A stretch of 52,807 nucleotides of DNA from the NCBI GenBank assembly GCA_020532215.1, contig JAJBBF010000043.1:1-52807 (forward strand), read 5' to 3'. Under the pieces are notes generated by a model, which saw nothing but the letters and a program-made list of their open reading frames with translations, did no database searches and was not told the DNA's origin. This stretch comes from Candidatus Cloacimonadota bacterium (GTDB taxonomy: Bacteria; Cloacimonadota; Cloacimonadia; Cloacimonadales; Cloacimonadaceae). This document shows positions 9,542 to 18,911 of this stretch, piece by piece. The position numbers and the translations under genes were made by a program. The number at the start of each line of letters is the position of its first letter. Position 1 is the stretch's first letter.

Positions 9542-9568
9542 TAAACAAAGCTAATTCAGGTGTGATGA

Positions 9569-10678
9569 ATGACCCATAGATTTACCGCTATCATAGCCCT
9601 GCTGTTCTTGATCGCCGCCCTCGGCGCCGATGAACTGAGCGACAAGCAGAAGCAGTTGGACAAGATCCAGAGGGATCTGCAGAAAGCGCAGCAGAAGATC
9701 GAACAGAACGAACGGACCAAGAAAAATAACGAAACCGAGATCACCAACACCCGCCGGGCCAAGCAGAAAACCGACGTGGAACTGCGCCGGACCCAGGAGA
9801 TCGCCCGCGAAAAGCTGCAGTCCCTGAACACGGTGAGAACGGAGCTGCGCACGGTGGAACAGCAGATCCGCGACCTCAAGGTGATGCAAAACACCCAGCT
9901 GGAAAAGATGGTCCGCCTCTCCCGCAAAAACGGTACCCTGAGGCTCAACCACAAGGACCAGCATTGCCTGGCCCTGCTTGCCTCCCAGACCAGGTCCAAG
10001 CTCAACAACCTCGGCGACGTCCAATACAGCCTGGCCATTCAGCAAAACCAGAGGGGCCAGGAATACAGCCAGGCCAACAGCGAGTTTTCCCTCCAAGCCT
10101 CCACCAGCAAGAAACTGGACAGCAAGGTGCGCAACCTGCAGTCCCAGCAATCCCGGCTCACCAAAGAGCAGAAAAACCTCCAGAACCAGATCGCCAAACT
10201 GAAAAAAGACGCGGCGCAATTGGAATCCCTGATCGCGAACCTGGCCTCCAAACCCAGGGACGAGGGCCTGGAGCCGCTATCCTATAAATTCAGCGCCCGC
10301 ACCATCGCCTGGCCGCTGAAAGGGCGAATCATCCGCAGTTACGGGCAGGAAACCCGGGCTTATGGCACCTCAGTGGTCTGCAACGGCATCGACATCGCCG
10401 TGCCGGAATGGACCTCCGTGGTCGCGGCGGACGCCGGCGAAGTGGTTTTCGCGGGTTCCTACGGGGGCCAGGGCAAGCTGCTGATCATCGACCACAAGAA
10501 CGGCTTCTTCACCGTTTACGCCTATAACAACCAACTTCTGGTCTCCAAGGGCTCAAACGTATCCAAAGGCCAGTCCATCGCCAAATCCGGCATGACCGGC
10601 TCGGCCTCCGAACCTTCGCTGCACTTCGAGGTGCGCAAGGACGGCAAGGCCGTTAATCCTTTGGCCTATCTGGAATAG
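9569..10678 (+). CDS. EnvC-like murein hydrolase activator (coiled coil plus degenerate M23/LytM domain)
   Basis: Signal peptide, long Q/K/E coiled coil, WPLKG, NGIDI, YAYN and LHFEVR; two of the usual His residues are absent, as in catalytically inactive amidase activators. Confidence 0.85.
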   Translation: MTHRFTAIIALLFLIAALGADELSDKQKQLDKIQRDLQKAQQKIEQNERTKKNNETEITNTRRAKQKTDVELRRTQEIAREKLQSLNTVRTELRTVEQQIRDLKVMQNTQLEKMVRLSRKNGTLRLNHKDQHCLALLASQTRSKLNNLGDVQYSLAIQQNQRGQEYSQANSEFSLQASTSKKLDSKVRNLQSQQSRLTKEQKNLQNQIAKLKKDAAQLESLIANLASKPRDEGLEPLSYKFSARTIAWPLKGRIIRSYGQETRAYGTSVVCNGIDIAVPEWTSVVAADAGEVVFAGSYGGQGKLLIIDHKNGFFTVYAYNNQLLVSKGSNVSKGQSIAKSGMTGSASEPSLHFEVRKDGKAVNPLAYLE

Positions 10679-10695
10679 GGGAGAGGAGGCCGCCC

Positions 10696-11814
10696 TTGCT
10701 GCTGTTGAAACAACCTTCGGTCCGAAAACTGGAAAAGCTGATCCTCAAGGGTGATTTTGAGAACAAGACCATCCTCCATTTCACGGGAGGAATGTATGGC
10801 ATCGGCTGCAAGGTCTCCTCGCGGGAAGCGATCGCCAGGATCCTAAGGCTCAAGGGACGATCCGACGGCAAGGGCCTGATCGTTCTGATCCCCCACCTGG
10901 ATTGGTTCGAATTCGAGGGCGTTCCTTTACCGGGGAAGATCCGGCCCCTGCTGGAACAATACTGGCCGGGGAACCTGTCTGTGGTTTTCAGCTGCGCCGA
11001 CCCCCGCTTCCAGCACCTCGCCGTGGAGGGCAAAGTGGCCTTCCGGGTTCCCGACGATCCCCTGCTGCGGCTGGTGATCGAGCTGCTGGACGAACCCATC
11101 GTGAGCACCAGCGTCAATATCGCCAATCTGCCCCCGGAAAACGATCTTAAACGCCTCACCGGCATGTATGCCAATTGGTTCGATTACGGCTTCGTGCCCA
11201 GCCACATCAGCGTTGAATATGACGCCCAGCCCTCCACCATAGTGGAATACGTGGCCAGCCGGGAGCGGCAAAACCAGAGCGGCCTGGATGAACTGCGCTG
11301 CCTGCGCGAGGGTTCCATCCCCTTTCACGGCGTGAAGAAATCCTTCGAGCTTCCTACCATCCTCTTTGTTTGCACCGCCAATATCTGCCGCAGCCCCATC
11401 GCGGAGAAGCTTTTCAACCATTACCTGCGGGAAACGGACCTGCCCTATACCGGCGATTCCTGTGGGCTTCTCCCCGGCGGCCAACCCATCTCCGCGGGTT
11501 CGCTGCAACTGCTGCTGGAAAGGGGCATCCTGGAGGCCAAAGACCACTTTTCCAAACAATTCACTCCGGACATGATCTCCGGCAGCCGCCTGGTGCTCAC
11601 CATGGAGGAGCGCCAGCGCGATTTCCTGCGCGGCAACGAACCCAACAGCAGCGCCAAGATCCTTACGCTCAACGAATTCCTGGGCGAGCCGGGCGACATC
11701 TCCGACCCCTTTGGCTCGGACATCGACAACTACCGCAAGATCTATGAGATCATCGATGACCGCGTAAAGCGCCTCATCGCCAAACTCCGCACCCAAACCA
11801 GACCAACGGGATGA
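10696..11814 (+). CDS. Fusion of Sua5/YrdC (TsaC) threonylcarbamoyl-AMP synthase domain and LMW protein phosphatase domain
   Basis: TTG start after GGAGAGGAGG. N-terminal half: YGIGC, LKGR, YWPGNLS, FRVP, STSVN. C-terminal half: [14 protein letters not shown]-loop and DISDPFG. Confidence 0.85.
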   Translation: MLLLKQPSVRKLEKLILKGDFENKTILHFTGGMYGIGCKVSSREAIARILRLKGRSDGKGLIVLIPHLDWFEFEGVPLPGKIRPLLEQYWPGNLSVVFSCADPRFQHLAVEGKVAFRVPDDPLLRLVIELLDEPIVSTSVNIANLPPENDLKRLTGMYANWFDYGFVPSHISVEYDAQPSTIVEYVASRERQNQSGLDELRCLREGSIPFHGVKKSFELPTILFVCTANICRSPIAEKLFNHYLRETDLPYTGDSCGLLPGGQPISAGSLQLLLERGILEAKDHFSKQFTPDMISGSRLVLTMEERQRDFLRGNEPNSSAKILTLNEFLGEPGDISDPFGSDIDNYRKIYEIIDDRVKRLIAKLRTQTRPTG

Positions 11815-11815
11815 C

Positions 11816-14017
11816 ATGGAAGCAAAGATAAGCCCGGAACTCATTGCCCTGCACGGCCTTTCGGAGCAGGAATACGCCCGGATCCTGGAGATCCTGGGCC
11901 GGGAACCCAGCTACGTGGAGCTGGGCATTTTCAGCGTGATGTGGAGCGAACACGCCAGCTACAAGAATTCCATCAAACTGATAAAGACCCTGCCCCGGGA
12001 GGGCAGGTTCCTGCTGGCCAAGGCCGGTGAGGAAAATGCCGGGGTGGTGGATATCGGCGACGGCCTGGCCGTAAGCTTCAAGATCGAAAGCCACAACCAT
12101 CCATCCGCCCTGGAGCCCTATCACGGCGCTGCCACCGGCGTGGGAGGGATCCTAAGGGATATCTTCACCATGGGCGCCCGGCCTGTCGCGGCCTTGAATT
12201 CCCTGCGCTTCGGGGATCCAGCCTCGCCCCGCACCCGCCATCTGATCCGCGGAGTGGTGCAGGGGATCGCCGATTACGGCAACTGTTTCGGCGTGCCCAC
12301 CGTGGGCGGGGAGGTCTTTTTCGACGAGGCCTATGAAGGCAACCCACTGGTGAATGCGATGGCCGTGGGAGTGCTCAGGCACGAGCATCTGGCGCGTTCC
12401 GCCGCTTCCGGGACCGGCAACCTGGTGGTCTATGTGGGCGCCAAAACCGGGCGCGACGGCATCCACGGCGCCACCTTCGCATCGGTGGACCTCAGTGAGC
12501 AATCCGCGGAGATGCGCACCGCCGTTCAGGTGGGTGATCCTTTCTATGAAAAGCTGTTGCTGGAAGCCACTCTGGAGGTGATCCAGGCCGGACTGGTGGT
12601 CGGGATCCAGGATATGGGCGCGGCGGGGCTCACCTGCTCCAGCTCCGAAATGGCCGGCAAAGGCGGAGTGGGGATCGAGCTCGACCTCGAACACGTTCCC
12701 ATCCGCGAAACCGGGATCACGCCCTATGAGATCATGCTTTCCGAATCCCAGGAGCGCATGCTGCTGATCGTGGAGCCCGCGAAGCTCGAAGCGGTGCAAA
12801 ATATCTTTGAGCAATGGGACCTCGATGCCGTGGTGATCGGCCGCGTTACCGCGGACAAGTTTCTCAGGGTGCGCCTCAGAGGCGAAACCCTGGCCGAGAT
12901 CCCCGCCGAAACCCTGGTTTTGGGAGGCAGCGCGCCCGTTTATGAACGAGAGCAAAAAGCCCCCGCCCGGCCGCCTGAATGGGATCCCGGCCGCCACCCG
13001 GAACCCGCCGACCCCGGCGAGGTGCTGCTCCGCCTGCTGGGGGAACCCAATATCGCCTCCAAACGCCAGGTCTTTTCCCAATACGACCACATGGTGCAGA
13101 TCGGCACCACGGTCGAGCCCGGCAGCGACGCCGCCGTGATCGCCGTCAAGGGCACGCGCAAAGCCCTCGCCCTCTCCACAGACTGCAACGCCCGCCATTG
13201 CTGGCTGGATCCTTTCGAAGGGGCCAAAGGCGCCGTGGCTGAAGCCGCCCGCAACGTTGCCTGCAGCGGAGCCCGGCCGATCGCCGTAACCAATTGCCTT
13301 AATTTCGGCAATCCCTACAAACCCGAGGTCTATTGGAGTTTTGCCCAGTGTGTGAAGGGAATGGGGGAGGCCTGCCGGGCTTTTGAAACCCCCGTGACCG
13401 GAGGCAACGTCTCTTTTTACAACGAAAATCCCGCCGGCGCCATCTGGCCCACCCCCGTGATCGGCATGCTCGGCCTGATCGACGATGTGTCCCTTGCCAC
13501 CACCCAATGGTTCAAGCGCCCCGGCGACCTCATCGCCCTCCTGGGCGAACCCTGCTCCTCGATCGGCGGCTCTCAGTATCTGAAAACGCTGTTCGCTGAA
13601 GTGGCTGGGCCTGCCCCCAAAGTGGATCTGGCCGCGGAAAAACACCTGATCGGACTGCTGCTGGATCTGATCTCAGCGCAAGCCCTGGCTTCCGCTCACG
13701 ACGTTTCCGAGGGCGGCCTGCTGGTCTGCCTGGCGGAGAGCTGCTTCCAGCCCGAACAACGCCTCGGAGCGCGGATCACATTCATACTATCCCACCCCGC
13801 CAGCGCCGAATATTTCGGCGAAAGCCACGGCCGGGCTGTCATCAGCTTCGCCCCTGCCAAATTGCAGGCGGTCGAAGCACTCTGTCGCAAACACTCCACG
13901 CCCCTGCTGCCGCTGGGGGAAGTGGCTTCCGGCCGCGAATTCACGGTCAACCAACATCTCAGCCTGGATACGGAGGACATGTATCGGGCCTGGACGAACG
14001 GGCTAAAACTAAGCTAA
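11816..14017 (+). CDS. purL: Phosphoribosylformylglycinamidine synthase subunit PurL (small form)
   Basis: [60 protein letters not shown]. Confidence 0.97.
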   Translation: MEAKISPELIALHGLSEQEYARILEILGREPSYVELGIFSVMWSEHASYKNSIKLIKTLPREGRFLLAKAGEENAGVVDIGDGLAVSFKIESHNHPSALEPYHGAATGVGGILRDIFTMGARPVAALNSLRFGDPASPRTRHLIRGVVQGIADYGNCFGVPTVGGEVFFDEAYEGNPLVNAMAVGVLRHEHLARSAASGTGNLVVYVGAKTGRDGIHGATFASVDLSEQSAEMRTAVQVGDPFYEKLLLEATLEVIQAGLVVGIQDMGAAGLTCSSSEMAGKGGVGIELDLEHVPIRETGITPYEIMLSESQERMLLIVEPAKLEAVQNIFEQWDLDAVVIGRVTADKFLRVRLRGETLAEIPAETLVLGGSAPVYEREQKAPARPPEWDPGRHPEPADPGEVLLRLLGEPNIASKRQVFSQYDHMVQIGTTVEPGSDAAVIAVKGTRKALALSTDCNARHCWLDPFEGAKGAVAEAARNVACSGARPIAVTNCLNFGNPYKPEVYWSFAQCVKGMGEACRAFETPVTGGNVSFYNENPAGAIWPTPVIGMLGLIDDVSLATTQWFKRPGDLIALLGEPCSSIGGSQYLKTLFAEVAGPAPKVDLAAEKHLIGLLLDLISAQALASAHDVSEGGLLVCLAESCFQPEQRLGARITFILSHPASAEYFGESHGRAVISFAPAKLQAVEALCRKHSTPLLPLGEVASGREFTVNQHLSLDTEDMYRAWTNGLKLS

Positions 14018-14027
14018 GGAGAAGGAG

Positions 14028-14579
14028 ATGAAAATGAGTTTCCTCTTTGGTCACATTTTCTGGGGCATTTTGCTGCTGTTGTGGGGAGTTTCCCTGATCC
14101 TCAAAGGTTTCAACATCGTTGACCTGCCTTTGGTGAAGATCTTTATCGCCGTCATCATCATCCTCTTCGGGCTCCGGCTGCTGTTCGGGGACTGGAGTTC
14201 GCACCGCAAAGACGGCTCGCGCGTGAGTTTCGTTACCGCGGGAAGCGACGAATACACCAGTGTGTTCGGCTCCCAGACAGTCGATCTCACCGGCCTGGAT
14301 CCCGATTCCCCGCCCCTGGAGATCACCGCCGTGTTCGGCTCTTCCTATGTGAAGCTGCCCAACGACATCGATTTCAAGATCCATCCCACTGCCGTGTTCG
14401 GCTCCGCCATCGTTCCCACCCAAGCCTCACTGGCAAGACCTCCGCTCGGCACCGTCAAGATCGAAGCCAACGCGGTTTTCGGCAAGATCGAATTTGTCTA
14501 TAAGGAACCCAAACGCGATCACCTGCGGGCCAAAGCCCCCGCGGATTCCACCCAGGGAGCGCCTTCTGACAGCATCTAA
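14028..14579 (+). CDS. LiaF/DUF2154-like membrane protein
   Basis: Two N-terminal TM helices (FWGILLLLWG...), then repeated (S/A)VFGS beta-strand motifs. Confidence 0.65.
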   Translation: MKMSFLFGHIFWGILLLLWGVSLILKGFNIVDLPLVKIFIAVIIILFGLRLLFGDWSSHRKDGSRVSFVTAGSDEYTSVFGSQTVDLTGLDPDSPPLEITAVFGSSYVKLPNDIDFKIHPTAVFGSAIVPTQASLARPPLGTVKIEANAVFGKIEFVYKEPKRDHLRAKAPADSTQGAPSDSI

Positions 14580-16737
14580 GAAACTTCTCTTCATCCTTCC
14601 CATCCTGCTCTTTCTAAGCTTCGTTCCGCTGCCCGGGAAGGGGCTGGGCTATGTGTTCAGCGGCGGCGGGGCGAGAGGTTTTGCCCAGTTGGGCATGATC
14701 AAGGTCCTGGAGGAAGAGGGCATCTATCCGGACCACGTGATGGGTTCCAGCGTGGGTTCCGTGCTAGGCGGGCTCTACGCCCTGGGCTACAGCGCGGCGG
14801 AAGTGGAATCCCTGATGGTCACGCTCGAGTTCTCGGACATCATCAACGAACGCCAGGACCGCAACCGGCTCTATCCCGGCGAAACGCGCTGGCCAAGCTA
14901 CGGCAATCTGCGCCTCGCGCTCAGCCCCAAAGGGATGCCGCAGTTTCCGGCCGGAGCCATCACCGGCGCCAAGGTCGATCTCGGCCTGGCCGGGCTTTTC
15001 CTGCCGGCCTCCGCCTACCGCGATTTTTCCCGCCTGCCCGTCAACTTTGCCGGACTCACCATCGATATGCATACCGGCGAACTCCTGATCCACCGCGAAG
15101 GCTCGCTGACCCAGGCCGTGCGCGGGGCCGCATCCATTCCAGCTGTGATCGCCCCCTTCAGCTACAACGGCCGTTCCCACATCGACGGCGGCCTGCTGCA
15201 AAACCTGCCCGTGCCCCAAGTGATCGAACTGGGCGCGGACAAGAACATCGCCCTCAAGATCAACACCTCCCTGCGCGGGGCCGATCCCAAGGATCTTTAC
15301 GCGATCCTCAACCACATCATCAACATCTCGATGCACCAAAGCATCGATGCCAACCTCGAACTCTGCGACCTCATCCTGGAGCCCGACCTCACGGGGATCG
15401 GCAACCTGGCCTATCCCAAAGCGCACTCCATCGCTAAGATCGGCGAGGATTACGCCCGCGCCAACATCGGCCGGATCAGGGCTTTCCGGGATTCACTGCT
15501 GGATGAGGGCTACACTTTCCAAAAACCGGAAAAGATCACCCCGCTGGCCATCGTGCCGGTGCGGGAGATCGTCTGCCGCGGCAATGAGCGGATCCCTTCT
15601 GCAAGGATCATCGGCTATACCCGGCTGCAAACCGGCGCCAGCTACGCTCCAAACCAGATCGTCCAGGCCTGCGCGAGGGCCTGGGACTCCCGCGAGTTCC
15701 ACACCGTATATCCCGTGCTGGAGCCCCTGGACGAAGGCTACCGCCTGGCCCTGTACGTGCGCGAACGAGAGCCCCGCTATCTGCACCTGAACGCCAGCTA
15801 CAGCTCCGAAGAGGGCTTCAGCCTGGGCGCTGCCACGGAACTGAATGATGTCATTATGCCCGGATCCCGCTTGCTGGCTGGTTTCAGCCTCGGCGGCAGG
15901 AAGTCTTTGGATCTGGATCTGGTTAAAGACTATGGCCGCTTCAACGCTCCCTATTTTCGCCTTTATCCCTATATCCGCCAGGATCGCGTCTATCGCTACG
16001 ATAACTCTGAAAACAGGATCGCCAGCCTCGATTCCCTTGAATATGGCATCCTGCCCGGCCTCGGCTGGTTTGCGAACCGCCTCTTCACCGCGGAGCTCTT
16101 CGGCTACCTTTCCCGCGCCAAAACAACCAGCCGCGTCCCGGCGGATCTTCCTGCCGTAGGCTGGGAAACGGATTCGGGCCTCGGCTTCAAGCTTCTGCAC
16201 GAAAGCCTGGACGCGGACGTCTTTCCCCGCTCCGGAGCCCGCGCTTTGCTCAAAGCCAACCTTTCTCCCTGGTCCGCTGTCAGCGACAAAAACTACGCCC
16301 GCCTCACCGCGGATCTGGACGTTTACGCGCCCCTGGCCAAATCTCTCTCCCTGCGCCTCGGTTTTGCCTACGGCTCCCATCCCCTGGGTTGGGCGGATGA
16401 CACCGCGGATCTGCTCTCTTATGGTGGCTCCAATGGCTATCTGGGCTATCAGCGGGATCAGGCTCCTTCCGCCGACTATAAATACGGAACCCTCGGCGCC
16501 GTCTTTGAACCCCTGGCCAACCTCTTTCTGGAAACCGGCGCCCAAGCTCTTAACACCGCCGGAAACTCCGATTGGAACCTCGACCGGGACCTCCTGTTCA
16601 GTTATTACGCCAGCCTCGGCTACCGCTCACCGGTGGGACCCCTGGGCGTCAAACTGGCTTTGCGGGAAGACGGCAAAACAAACCTCTTCTTCAATATAGG
16701 CTACACCACCGACCTCTTCCGGTTTTCGCGTAAATAG
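14566..16737 (+). CDS. Patatin-like phospholipase with POTRA and C-terminal beta-barrel (PlpD/type Vd-like)
   Basis: SGGGARG, GSSVG (GxSxG) and DGG; POTRA-like IVCRGNERI; barrel ending SPVGPLGV...FFNIGY. Start placed at CTG 14566 behind AGGGAG, which yields a clean signal peptide; the start is uncertain. Confidence 0.85.
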   Translation: MTASKKLLFILPILLFLSFVPLPGKGLGYVFSGGGARGFAQLGMIKVLEEEGIYPDHVMGSSVGSVLGGLYALGYSAAEVESLMVTLEFSDIINERQDRNRLYPGETRWPSYGNLRLALSPKGMPQFPAGAITGAKVDLGLAGLFLPASAYRDFSRLPVNFAGLTIDMHTGELLIHREGSLTQAVRGAASIPAVIAPFSYNGRSHIDGGLLQNLPVPQVIELGADKNIALKINTSLRGADPKDLYAILNHIINISMHQSIDANLELCDLILEPDLTGIGNLAYPKAHSIAKIGEDYARANIGRIRAFRDSLLDEGYTFQKPEKITPLAIVPVREIVCRGNERIPSARIIGYTRLQTGASYAPNQIVQACARAWDSREFHTVYPVLEPLDEGYRLALYVREREPRYLHLNASYSSEEGFSLGAATELNDVIMPGSRLLAGFSLGGRKSLDLDLVKDYGRFNAPYFRLYPYIRQDRVYRYDNSENRIASLDSLEYGILPGLGWFANRLFTAELFGYLSRAKTTSRVPADLPAVGWETDSGLGFKLLHESLDADVFPRSGARALLKANLSPWSAVSDKNYARLTADLDVYAPLAKSLSLRLGFAYGSHPLGWADDTADLLSYGGSNGYLGYQRDQAPSADYKYGTLGAVFEPLANLFLETGAQALNTAGNSDWNLDRDLLFSYYASLGYRSPVGPLGVKLALREDGKTNLFFNIGYTTDLFRFSRK

Positions 16738-16790
16738 CCAAACAGAACGTATACCCAAAACCTGGTCTCAGACCCAAAGGTTAAAACCTG

Positions 16791-16900
16791 CGTCATCCCG
16801 GGCTAGATGCGGGATCAAGAAAACCGTCTCCACCCGGCCCAGATCCTGCATCATCCCGGACGCCCCGGAGCGGCATTGATCTGGGGTACTGAGCCACACT
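16791..16900. repeat. CGTC/GTCAT-tagged palindromic repeats
   Basis: cgtcatcccgggctagatgcgggatc (16791-16816) and tcatcccgga... (16851); related tgtcattccggg at 18934 and, on the reverse strand, at 1-13. Confidence 0.5.
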
Positions 16901-17040
16901 CTCCCGCCCAAAGCCTCTACCTCTGCGACTTCTACTTCAACACCACCATCCCCTTCCTGGAGATCGTCAGCGAACAGGACCGCCTCGCCGGAGAACGCAA
17001 ACTGGTGGACCTGCTGGTTAGCAAATACGGAACACCAGTT
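16900..17040 (+). pseudogene. Possible gene remnant (SLYLCDFYFNTTIPFLEIVSEQDRLAGERKLVDLLVSKYG)
   Basis: Coding-like codon usage between two repeat clusters; no credible start or end. Confidence 0.3.
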
Positions 17041-17046
17041 TCAACT

Positions 17047-17156
17047 GGTCGGACCGCCGGATTTATCCGGAAATCTTCTGCCGCGTACCAGGCCTGTCAG
17101 TCCATCGGCAAAAACCGGATGAATCCGGTGGACCGACCGGATAAATCCGGTGTTCC
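17047..17156. repeat. REP-like inverted pair/triplet (ACCGGATTTATCCGGT family)
   Basis: ggtcggaccgccggatttatccgg (17047-17070) is inverted to ccggatgaatccggtggaccgacc (17115-17138); a third copy accggataaatccggtgttcc lies at 17136-17156. Confidence 0.7.
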
Positions 17157-17261
17157 GGTTCCCACGGAATTCGCTGACTGTCCTCTCCTGACGGCTTCGA
17201 GAGTTTGATTGACATATTTACCGCCATCAGTTCGTCAGATTTCTGTTCCATGAACCATTCT

Positions 17262-17586
17262 TTCACAACCCTTCACAAATGGCTGTGAATAGTTCTAACC
17301 CTTTATAGAAAAGGGTTTGGAGCCCACTATTCACAAAAAATAGTTACTCCCCTCTCTCCGGGATAGAGTCCTTGTTCATTATGCTAATCTTTATATTATA
17401 TATTAAACTATGATACATATATTTTCTATATCTATATATATAATATATGGTTATACATCTGCCTCAGGGATTCCTGCATCATTGCTGCGGAGGGAGGGGA
17501 GTTACGTATTTTTGTGAAGGGTTAGCCTGTAATGCTGATCAGTAAAGGATTAGAACTATTCACAACCATTTGTGAAGGGTTGTGAA
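17262..17586. repeat. 325-bp element with ~99-bp bipartite inverted arms, TTCACA iterons and an AT-rich core (MITE- or origin-like)
   Basis: 17262-17305 vs 17543-17586 are 42/44 inverted-identical; 17330-17360 vs 17488-17518 are 26/31; both arms have a 24-bp unrelated spacer; the core contains (TA)n tracts. Confidence 0.85.
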
Positions 17587-17617
17587 GAGTGTGAATTTGA
17601 CCCCTGTGATCCTTGAT

Positions 17618-18249
17618 CCCTTCCCGCCCCTGATAGCCCCGCAGGGGCGACACATTTTAGCCCGGAGTGGCAACCCCGGATCAACGGGACGAATGAGGCA
17701 GATCAGCCCCGCAGGGGCGATCCATCTTAGCCCGGGGTGGCAACCCCGGGTCAACGGGACGAATGAGGCAGATCAGCCCCGCAGGGGCGACACATTTTAG
17801 CCCGGGGTGGAAACCCCGGGTCAAGGGACATAAAAAAGTCACGAAGCCCCGCAGGGGCGACACACTAACCTAATCTGTTATTTTGCAATCATTTGTGCCG
17901 CCCCTCCGGGGCTTGCATTCATCCTGTGCCGCCACACCCCCAGGGTTCCGCTGCGCTTCACCCTGGGCTAAGTTGTTACGCCCTCCGGGCTCAACCCCTT
18001 CCCGCCCCTGATAGCCCCGCAGGGGCGATACATTTTAGCCCGGGGTGGAAACCCCGGGTCAAGCGGACATAAAAAAGTTACGAAGCCCCGGAGGGGCGAC
18101 ACACTAACCTAATCTGTTATTTTGCAATCATTTGTGCCGCCCCTCCGGGGCTTGCATTCATCTAATGCCTCCACACCCCCAGGGTTCCGCTGCGCTTCAC
18201 CCTGGGCTAAGTTGTTACGCCCTCCGGGCTCAACCCCTTCCCGCCCCTC
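17618..18249. repeat. Tandem 70-bp palindromic units plus a duplicated ~238-bp REPIN-like module
   Basis: agccccgcaggggcga at 17635, 17705, 17775 and 17845 (exact 70-bp period), with further copies at 18013 and 18084 (one mismatch); inner hairpin cccggggtgg(a/c)aaccccggg; ~17775-18012 is duplicated at ~18013-18249. Confidence 0.9.
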
Positions 18250-18358
18250 AATTTCCCGCCTATGTCCAGGCAACGTCCAAGCCATGCCCGAATCCGGTGA
18301 TCGGCGGGACGTCAGCAGTGCGTGGAGAGGGCGTACATAAGCGAGGGCGGACAGACAG

Positions 18359-18669
18359 AGCCTCGCAGAGGCGGAAGGGTGCAGTAAGCGCAGCGAACGG
18401 AACCCTTCGTAAAAAGCCCCAAAACAATGTCTGAGCCCCTTGTGGGCGACAGATCATAGCGAGGGTGCGGCCGAGTGAAACGAGGCAAGCCCCTCGTAAC
18501 GTCGCAGAATGATGATTAATGAAAATTGCCTCCACCCCTCCCCGAGAACGTTCCGCGTTTTCGGGGAGGGGTGGAGGCCTGTTAAATTCAATTGTATCAG
18601 GTTGACGAGGGGTTCCGTTCACTTCGCTCACTGCACGCCCTCGCTATGATCTGTCGCCTCTGCGAGGCT
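18359..18669. repeat. Inverted-repeat element with a nested GC hairpin
   Basis: ggcgacagatcatagcgaggg (18445-18465) is a perfect inverse of 18638-18658; central 23-bp-arm hairpin at 18528-18578; partial extra arm at 18359-18410. Confidence 0.8.
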
Positions 18670-18709
18670 ATCCGTTCATCTGTTCATCAGACCCGCTCAA
18701 CAACGGTCC

Positions 18710-18911
18710 GTAGCGCAGCATGCCAATGCTGCGGCAAATCCTTCGCAGGATCGGAATCCTGCGCTACGGAATACGTGCCATCCTGCGCTGAGTGATACCC
18801 CGGCTTCATACGCAGGACCGGCATCCTGCGCTACGCGTATTCCACCCCCGAGAAGCTTGACTTATCACCAAAATCACCTCCGGGCCTTGGCAGACGGGGA
18901 CGGCTGCCACT
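18710..18911. repeat. GTAG- and GGAG-type REP cluster homologous to 108-277
   Basis: gtagcgcagcatgccaatgctgcg (18710-18733) is inverted to cgcaggatcggaatcctgcgctac (18744-18767); third copy at 18811-18834; cgggccttggcagacggggacggctgccact at 18881-18911. Confidence 0.85.

Noticed and set aside
17559-17576. TTCACAA-N4-TTGTGAA as a Rex operator
   Set aside because: The Rex consensus is TTGTGAA-N4-TTCACAA; here the half-sites are everted and no gene start lies nearby.
17259-17598. Definite chromosomal oriC
   Set aside because: No perfect TTATCCACA box, no dnaA/dnaN/rpmH/gidA nearby, and skew cannot be assessed; kept only as a hypothesis.
17635-17860. 70-bp periodic repeat as a CRISPR array
   Set aside because: The intervening segments are near-identical and themselves palindromic, not unique spacers; no cas genes are in the window.
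17560-18795. Several 60-123-aa ORFs in the repeat block
   Set aside because: Translations of palindromic repeats, without RBS or protein-like composition.
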